DNA of 64,000 nucleotides from a bacterium (GTDB lineage Bacteria; UBA10199; 2-02-FULL-44-16; JAAZCA01): NCBI GenBank assembly GCA_963674695.2, contig CAXXGI010000003.1, positions 448,001 to 512,000 of the forward strand, read 5' to 3'. Shown piece by piece: positions 58,612 to 64,000 of this stretch (position 1 is its first letter; each line of letters starts with the position of its first letter). The notes under the pieces were generated by a model. It saw only the letters and a program-made list of their open reading frames with translations, ran no database searches and was not told where the DNA came from. The position numbers and the translations under genes were made by a program.

Positions 58612-58950
58612 TTACTTCTGCTCCGTTGGAAGACTGTGCTTCCACGGCATGAAGTCGGTAACGGTTTCGAGATTGACAAAAACATCACCAACTGGCTCAA
58701 CTTCAGATAGGGTTCCATCCTTGATGGCGTTCATAAACCTACCACTATCAGCTACCCACGATGCAGAGACGAGATGAAGAAAACTTCCGACCCTCGCCTT
58801 CACTTTACCAACAAAGTGATATGTAACCGTTCGGATGAAGAAAGAATTTCCAATCATTTCATCAAAGCATGAAAGTTCAAAGTCTGTGTCTTTCAATTGA
58901 GCCTTGATTGTTTCATACGTCTCGTCACTGATTACAATTGTCCTTGTCAT
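58612..58950 (-). CDS. Small beta-barrel (Sm/SH3-like) phage protein
   Basis: IGNSFFIRTVTYHFVGKV...LHLVSASWVADSGRF...SEVEP; Sm1-like spacing; RBS AAGGAG; fold is inferred. Confidence 0.6.
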   Translation of the reverse strand: MTRTIVISDETYETIKAQLKDTDFELSCFDEMIGNSFFIRTVTYHFVGKVKARVGSFLHLVSASWVADSGRFMNAIKDGTLSEVEPVGDVFVNLETVTDFMPWKHSLPTEQK

Positions 58951-58986
58951 TGTGTTCTCCTTTTTAGGTTTGTTTTACACCACCAA

Positions 58987-59199
58987 TTAACTCGACCTAG
59001 ACCTAGACCTAGACCTCGACCACGACCTCGACCACGACCTCGACCACGACCTCGACCTCGACCACGACCCCGACCACGACCCCGACCTCGACCACGACCC
59101 CGACCACGACCCCGACCTCGACCTCGACCCCGACCTCGACCTCGACCACGACCCCGGCCACGACCTCGACCCCAACCCTGTATAACTTATCACTATCAT
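58987..59199 (-). CDS. Arg/Ser/Trp/Gly dipeptide-repeat peptide
   Basis: RBS GAGGA, short unique leader, then about 30 hexamer units TCG-(AGG/TGG/GGG). Confidence 0.6.
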   Translation of the reverse strand: MIVISYTGLGSRSWPGSWSRSRSGSRSRSGSWSGSWSRSGSWSGSWSRSRSWSRSWSRSWSRSRSRSRSS

Positions 59200-59216
59200 G
59201 TCATCCTCACTCTCTC

Positions 59217-59393
59217 CTATACCTCATATCCTGCGCTGCGAAGTTCTTCGTCAAGTATTTGAACGACAGCACTGGTAGCTGGCCTGGCAAACCACTCCCG
59301 TCTTACTGCCAGAGCTGCCTCTGCAACCTTCTCCAGTTGCTCGATGCGCTTCGTCAGCTCCTGACCACTCCGCACCAGTACTTTTGTTTTCAT
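59217..59393 (-). CDS. Phage hypothetical protein
   Basis: Manual: MKTKVLVRSGQELTKRIEQLEKVAEAA...AGYEV, RBS GGGAGGA. Confidence 0.55.
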   Translation of the reverse strand: MKTKVLVRSGQELTKRIEQLEKVAEAALAVRREWFARPATSAVVQILDEELRSAGYEV

Positions 59394-59410
59394 ACAATCC
59401 TCCCTTACAA

Positions 59411-59533
59411 CGACACTATCGGTGGCCGGTCATGAGTTTATATGGCTTCCGGTGGAGCATCTGGTTCGTCCCGGGCCTACTCCAGATTTTTCCTGCCCGC
59501 TCTTTGGATGTTTCACCCGCACCAACAGCGTCG
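59411..59533 (-). ncRNA. Candidate multibranch structured RNA
   Basis: 14-bp closing stem CGACGCTGTTGGTG/CACCGATAGTGTCG with three G-U pairs on the minus strand; internal ATCTGG/CCAGAT and CCGG/CCGG stems. Confidence 0.5.
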
Positions 59534-59542
59534 ATGAAAGAG

Positions 59543-59620
59543 GGCGGTGGCTCATCGGGCAAGACGAAAGCCTATGTGGGGTCCGTCAGTGAGCATCCCG
59601 ACCCCTGCACCGCACCGCCA
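59543..59620 (-). ncRNA. Candidate three-way-junction RNA
   Basis: GGCGGT/ACCGCC closing stem; GGGGTC/GACCCC and GGCT/AGCC hairpins. Confidence 0.5.
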
Positions 59621-59628
59621 ACTTTCGG

Positions 59629-59784
59629 TTACTTTGAAAGAGCAAAGTACAACACATAAAACCAGCCGAGAAACCCATGCAGTATAGCCCATCCGATTGA
59701 GTGGTTGACGCTATAACTGAGTATCATCCCCAACGCGCTACCCATTCCAATCCCAGTTGATATAGCCTGCGAGTTTGCTGACAT
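59629..59784 (-). CDS. Small two-TM membrane protein
   Basis: Manual: MSANSQAISTGIGMGSALGMILSYSVNHSIGWAILHGFLGWFYVLYFALSK; RBS AAGGAG. Confidence 0.7.
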   Translation of the reverse strand: MSANSQAISTGIGMGSALGMILSYSVNHSIGWAILHGFLGWFYVLYFALSK

Positions 59785-59808
59785 ATGCTCTCCTTTCCAT
59801 TAAAATTA

Positions 59809-59875
59809 TGGCGGTGTCTGGTTCCAAGGCCAGATTTGTGTCCGCAGGGTTGCGATCCCTGTAACGGCACCGCCA
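59809..59875 (-). ncRNA. Candidate tRNA-like three-way-junction RNA ending in CCA
   Basis: TGGCGGTG/CACCGCCA; CAGGG-7nt-CCCTG; TCTGG-8nt-CCAGA; no D-arm or TTC. Confidence 0.5.
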
Positions 59876-59895
59876 ACTTTCGGTTTCAAAGAACG

Positions 59896-60192
59896 TCACT
59901 CGTCCTCCCTGCCTCCATCTTGTATTTCAATATATCCCAGGCTATTCACTGAAAAGTAAGCGCCGGTCGTTTCCTCTGGGAAAGTTTTCCGTATGTCACA
60001 AAAAAGTCTGTCTGCTGCACGTGCGGAAGAATCTACGGCGCAGGTGCAATCTTTAAACGACGGACGACGGCGATAAATACAAGTCCAGAATGGAGCTGCG
60101 TAATCTGATAACAGCTTTTCCTCAAAACGTGTCCGCGCTTTAAATATTAAAAAAAGCGACATTTGATGATCTGTCATTGAAAGTTGAATCAT
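59896..60192 (-). CDS. Phage hypothetical protein
   Basis: RBS GGGAGG; flanked on both sides by the TCTTTGAAACCGAAA repeat. Confidence 0.55.
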   Translation of the reverse strand: MIQLSMTDHQMSLFLIFKARTRFEEKLLSDYAAPFWTCIYRRRPSFKDCTCAVDSSARAADRLFCDIRKTFPEETTGAYFSVNSLGYIEIQDGGREDE

Positions 60193-60220
60193 CGCGCCCT
60201 CCCAATTTCGGTTTCAAAGA

Positions 60221-60727
60221 TCATTCCTTGAGCTTCTTCGCTCGGGCTTCGTGCCGCTCCATCTCTTTCCTTGCCTTATTTGCTTCACGGATATGATAGC
60301 CGACTGTCCAGGTGGCGTTTCTCATGGCACGTTTCCTTGAACCATACGCTCGGTCTTCTTCGTCCTTCACATGCGCCTCAATCAATTCCCTGCACTTTTT
60401 CGCCGCCTCTTCCTCTGTATCAAATATGCGGTCTGTAATGCCCCGATAGCCGCTTGAGTACTCGAACGTCTCTCCTTCAACAGTTTGGTGCAGCTTGACC
60501 TCCGTGATCGTTACCTGCTCTGGCTTGCACTCCCATTCGCGTTCAACCACAACCCCGCGTGGGCCTTCGTATCCACAGGCACAATATTCACAGGTCACGG
60601 CATAGCGATCTCCGTTGCCAAGTATGACGACCACAGCCTTCGCGCCGGAACATACTGGACACTCACGCGTTTTCTCCGTGTATTTGTTTTCCGCGATCCA
60701 TACTTTATCACCTACTATGTAGCTCAT
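60221..60727 (-). CDS. Phage hypothetical protein with Zn ribbon
   Basis: CPVCSG...CEYC; IFDTEEEA. Confidence 0.6.
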   Translation of the reverse strand: MSYIVGDKVWIAENKYTEKTRECPVCSGAKAVVVILGNGDRYAVTCEYCACGYEGPRGVVVEREWECKPEQVTITEVKLHQTVEGETFEYSSGYRGITDRIFDTEEEAAKKCRELIEAHVKDEEDRAYGSRKRAMRNATWTVGYHIREANKARKEMERHEARAKKLKE

Positions 60728-61143
60728 GTTCCCTCCTTCACGATTCCAAACCGAACTGCATCCTCGACGGACATAGGTTCCTCGATCTCTTTTCCGTCTA
60801 TTTTGATTGACACTTCTGTCTTCCTAATGGGGCGGTGTTGATCCCATCTACAAAGAAGATTCGAACGGAAAAGTTCGGCAACTACCTTGCCATCAGACGC
60901 AACACCAACAAAATATCGTTTGTACCATATATCATCACCATCATAAGCTACTTCAATCAGCTCTCCAGGCTTATATGGTGGAGCGAGACATTCGATGGCG
61001 GCTTCTTCTGCCCATGTCGGCTCGCAGCCCTCATCGCCGGTGCTTATCGGGACGATACAGTAAACAAAACCATCCTCTCCTTGTTCGTCTGCCTCGACGA
61101 CTGTTGCTTTTACTAATACCTTATCACCGGCTTTATATTTCAT
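60724..61143 (-). CDS. Phage hypothetical protein (tandem KOW/SH3-like)
   Basis: KYKAGDKVLV and YKPGELIEV...WYKRYF. Confidence 0.55.
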   Translation of the reverse strand: MKYKAGDKVLVKATVVEADEQGEDGFVYCIVPISTGDEGCEPTWAEEAAIECLAPPYKPGELIEVAYDGDDIWYKRYFVGVASDGKVVAELFRSNLLCRWDQHRPIRKTEVSIKIDGKEIEEPMSVEDAVRFGIVKEGT

Positions 61144-61166
61144 CTTACACCTCCCTTGATTAACAA

Positions 61167-62345
61167 CTATCCCTTAATGACCGCCAGCGGTGACAACTCA
61201 GCTACAATATCAACAAGGTCTTCTTGGTTCTTCATCACGGTGCCAACGTCTTTGTATGCTCCTGCGGCTTCATCCAAATCCTTCTTGCTTCTCATCCCAT
61301 GAATGATTCCCTGTTCGTCCATGCGTGCAAGTTCATCTTTCAAGCTCAAAGTCCTCCGTGCTGCCTTGCGACCCATCGCCCTACCAGCCCCGTGAGAACA
61401 CGACGTAAACGATTCACGGTTCCCCTTGCCACGGACGATATAGCTCTTGCTCCCCTGGCTGCCTGGAATGATCCCGATGGTATCCTCACGGGCAAGCGTA
61501 GCACCCTTGCGATGCACGACCACGTTCTTCCCGAAGTGGTTTTCAATGGCGGCATAGTTGTGGGCAATGTTGATTGGGTTTCCAATATCACTACAGCCTG
61601 TGACGCCTTTGAATATCTCGACGACCCTATCCATCATCAACGAACGATTCGCCAACGCGAAGTCTACACAGTATTGCATTTCTTCCATGTAATTTTCGCC
61701 CTGTAAGTGATCCAGAGGAAGAAAAGCAAGGTCCCATTCGCGTGGCACACAAGAAAGGTATTGTTCGTTTAATTTCTTAGCTATGGAATTATAATGGTCA
61801 GCCACCTTCTTTCCCAAGTTCCTGCTTCCAGAGTGAATCATGACCCAAACGTAACCACAATCATCACGCTGAATTTCAATAAAATGGTTTCCACCTCCAA
61901 GAGTCCCAAGCTGCCGAAGCGCAGATTCAAATTCATTGGAAGCTACCGTCCACCCCCAATATTCACCGTTGGATCGCTTAGGCATAAGGCTCTCGTCTTG
62001 CCTCTCACTATGCCGAGAGAACCCAACGGGAATGGCCCTTCGAACCCGCCCCATGATTTCCTTGAGCTGGTCGGTGGTGATGTCGTTCGCTTTCATCCCT
62101 GTCTGTACTGCTATCATACCACAACCAATATCCACCCCAACTGCGTTCGGCACTACGACGTTATGAGTCGCGAGCACTCCACCAATCGGCATTCCGTACC
62201 CCTGATGACAGTCTGGCAGTAATGCGATATGCTTGAACGCGAACGGAAGGTTAGCCAAATGCGTTGCCTGTTCAAGCGCGCCCTCCTCTATATCGTCAAG
62301 CCACGCCTTTATTGGAATGCGATTCCCGCTGATAACCTGTTTCAT
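61167..62345 (-). CDS. rtcB: RtcB-family RNA ligase
   Basis: PDCHQGYGMPIGGV, AVGVDIGCGM, QLGTLGGGNHFIE, HSGSRNLG, HNYA, VHRKGAT, SHGAGR, DEAAGAYKD. Confidence 0.95.
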   Translation of the reverse strand: MKQVISGNRIPIKAWLDDIEEGALEQATHLANLPFAFKHIALLPDCHQGYGMPIGGVLATHNVVVPNAVGVDIGCGMIAVQTGMKANDITTDQLKEIMGRVRRAIPVGFSRHSERQDESLMPKRSNGEYWGWTVASNEFESALRQLGTLGGGNHFIEIQRDDCGYVWVMIHSGSRNLGKKVADHYNSIAKKLNEQYLSCVPREWDLAFLPLDHLQGENYMEEMQYCVDFALANRSLMMDRVVEIFKGVTGCSDIGNPINIAHNYAAIENHFGKNVVVHRKGATLAREDTIGIIPGSQGSKSYIVRGKGNRESFTSCSHGAGRAMGRKAARRTLSLKDELARMDEQGIIHGMRSKKDLDEAAGAYKDVGTVMKNQEDLVDIVAELSPLAVIKG

Positions 62346-62504
62346 TGTCTTCCCCTTATCGTAATACGTTTGAACGTAACCCTGTCGAAGTAACCGAACA
62401 CCATCTTCCCGCCGTATGGCATGTAGACAACAACTTCCCACCTATTCTTGCGAACAATCTCAGCACGGATATTCCTGCTTGCGATTCTGAGGTGCACGAC
62501 CATA

Positions 62505-62720
62505 TCACCCACACCCATTCTTCCGAAACAGCTCCGAAACCGTCTTATCCATGCTCGCCAAGCTCATCGAATAATCGTTCATGTCGCCTTCAACACGTTT
62601 CCGAAACGCCGTCCGTTCAAACGCCATGGCCGTATGCACCGCGTCATGCACCGCCTTCCATTTCAAAAACGCTTTCCAACCCTCGACAGCTTCAACAAGC
62701 TCTTCGTCTGTTGGTCTCAT
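62505..62720 (-). CDS. Phage hypothetical protein
   Basis: RBS GGGGAG; 71 aa. Confidence 0.5.
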   Translation of the reverse strand: MRPTDEELVEAVEGWKAFLKWKAVHDAVHTAMAFERTAFRKRVEGDMNDYSMSLASMDKTVSELFRKNGCG

Positions 62721-62729
62721 CTCTCCCCC

Positions 62730-63077
62730 TTATATCCGTTCCCAAGTCTTCCCACGTTTCCTGACCACGGTGAGCGGCGATAACGGATGGTGCGAGTCAA
62801 ACAACTTTCGTTTCATCCTAAACGCCTCCGTTACAACCCCCTTGACCTCTATCACTTCAACGCTTCCATCCGGGCGGTACACCGTAAAATCCGGCGTGTA
62901 CGTCACGTTCCCTGGCAAGCGGTAGGCTGGTTTCACTTCCAAATACGCAATGCGCTCCATGCCGAGATCCCTTTTCAAGAGCTGATAATATTCCGCTTCT
63001 GCCTTGCTATCGAACCGCAGCCCGTCGATCTCCGTGGGCTTGGCGTTGTATTTGTGGCGGTTCCAATGCACGCTCAT
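62730..63077 (-). CDS. DUF1064-like PD-(D/E)XK endonuclease
   Basis: KYNAKPTEIDGLRFDSKAEA, YTPDF, IEVKG. Confidence 0.82.
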   Translation of the reverse strand: MSVHWNRHKYNAKPTEIDGLRFDSKAEAEYYQLLKRDLGMERIAYLEVKPAYRLPGNVTYTPDFTVYRPDGSVEVIEVKGVVTEAFRMKRKLFDSHHPLSPLTVVRKRGKTWERI

Positions 63078-64000
63078 AATTTCACGCTCGTTGCTTTCTT
63101 CGTTTTTGCAGGAGTGTAGATTACCCATTCACCATTTTCATATTTTCGACAGCATGAACAATCTTTCAGCACGCCGACCTGGGAGTTTCCCCACAGCTCG
63201 CCGACCCGGGAGTTTCCCCGCAGCTCGCCGACCCGGGAGTTTTCCCGCAGCTCGCCGACCCGGGAGTTTTCCCACAGCACGCCGACCCGGGAGTTTCCCC
63301 GCAGCTCGCCGACCTGGGAGTTTTCCCGCAGCACGCCGACCCGGGAGTTTCCCCACAGCACGCCGACCTGGGAGTTTTCCCGCAGCTCGCCGACCCGGGA
63401 GTTTCCCCACAGCTCGCCGACCCGGGAGTTTTCCCACAGCACGCCGACCCGGGAGTTTTCCCACAGCACGCCGACCCGGGAGTTTTCCCACAGCACGCCG
63501 ACCCGGGAGTTTCCCCGCAGCTCGCCGACCTGGGAGTTTTCCCGCAGCACGCCGACCCGGGAGTTTCCCCACAGCACGCCGACCTGGGAGTTTTCCCGCA
63601 GCTCGCCGACCCGGGAGTTTCCCCACAGCTCGCCGACCCGGGAGTTTTCCCACAGCACGCCGACCCGGGAGTTTTCCCACAGCACGCCGACCCGGGAGTT
63701 TCCCCGCAGCTCGCCGACCTGGGAGTTTCCCCGCAGCTCGCCGACCTGGGAGTTTTCCCACAGCTCGCCGACCTGGGAGTTTTCCCACAGCTCGCCGACC
63801 CGGGAGTTTTGCATCGATCCAATTTTAGTATTGATTGCCACCCTGTAGCTTGCGTTTCTCACCGCTTCGATTTTTTGATCGACCAAAAATTTTTTCGAAA
63901 TAAACTCCTTCAATGCAGCTTCCGTTATGCGCCTCGCCTTCGTTGGATCATACCAAACAGGGACTTCATCGAGATCCGTGCGGAACTCCCATTTCGACAA
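63074..64000 (-). CDS. Tandem 9-aa repeat (beta-solenoid-like) phage protein, N-terminus likely outside window
   Basis: 24 x NS(R/Q)VG(E/V)L(W/R)(E/G); ATAA/ATG overlap with the downstream gene. Confidence 0.7.
   Translation of the reverse strand: MSKWEFRTDLDEVPVWYDPTKARRITEAALKEFISKKFLVDQKIEAVRNASYRVAINTKIGSMQNSRVGELWENSQVGELWENSQVGELRGNSQVGELRGNSRVGVLWENSRVGVLWENSRVGELWGNSRVGELRENSQVGVLWGNSRVGVLRENSQVGELRGNSRVGVLWENSRVGVLWENSRVGVLWENSRVGELWGNSRVGELRENSQVGVLWGNSRVGVLRENSQVGELRGNSRVGVLWENSRVGELRENSRVGELRGNSRVGELWGNSQVGVLKDCSCCRKYENGEWVIYTPAKTKKATSVKL
63161..63808. repeat. 27-nt tandem repeat, 24 units
   Basis: Plus-strand unit approximately GCCGACC(C/T)GGGAGTTT(T/C)CCC(A/G)CAGC(T/A)C, no spacers. 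Confidence 0.95.

Larger units (their letters stand above)
34081..64000 (-). mobile_element. Prophage of a tailed, podovirus-like phage; continues beyond window
   Basis: Co-oriented terS-terL-portal-scaffold-capsid-adaptor-tail-ejection-lysis genes; no tape measure or sheath gene seen; GC lower than host. Confidence 0.93.

Noticed and set aside
58897-59262. Plus-strand (RP)n protein
   Set aside because: Antisense reading of the hexamer repeat; the minus-strand ORF has the RBS and matches operon direction.
59809-59875. Canonical tRNA gene
   Set aside because: Only 67 nt, no D-arm and no GTTC T-loop; kept as a tRNA-like candidate only.
63161-63808. CRISPR array
   Set aside because: Units are contiguous with no unique spacers, length is a multiple of 3 within an open frame, and no cas genes are seen.
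63004-63828. Alternative-frame repeat ORFs (63004-63828 +, 63138-63788 -, 63166-63822 -)
   Set aside because: Stay open only because the 27-nt repeat lacks stops; the 63074-64000 frame has unique flanks and couples to the next gene.

Overview
The window has two parts that meet at a 28-bp dif-like (XerCD) site at 34053-34080. Left (1-34050) is GC-rich bacterial chromosome, probably a deltaproteobacterium-like lineage (inferred from gene style, not established). It carries an amino-acid decarboxylase/antiporter pair, a secreted S8 protease with Ig-like repeats, a CoA-transferase, larE/larB, a Lys-rich histone-like gene, pyruvoyl arginine decarboxylase plus agmatinase, two M16 peptidases, argS-SPOR-lepA-lepB, a RAYT/IS200-type transposase, a hybrid histidine kinase, pyrR-pyrB-pyrC and rpoH. 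Right (34081 to the window end) is a lower-GC, almost entirely minus-strand prophage of a tailed, podovirus-like phage, with lysis cassette, receptor-binding and tail genes, ejection proteins, capsid, scaffold, portal, terminase, then many small early/middle genes and rtcB. Most notable: (1) the tailed prophage begins directly at dif, next to a pseudoknot-like structured element; (2) an ejection-type virion protein ends in a minimal Hedgehog-type Hint autoprocessing domain; (3) three boxA-led multibranch RNA structures lie near rtcB, an Sm-like protein and an Arg/Ser-repeat peptide; (4) a mosaic array of mini-genes is built from shared DNA modules; (5) a 24x27-nt coding repeat varies at only four two-state positions. 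All calls come from reading motifs by eye; no searches were run.
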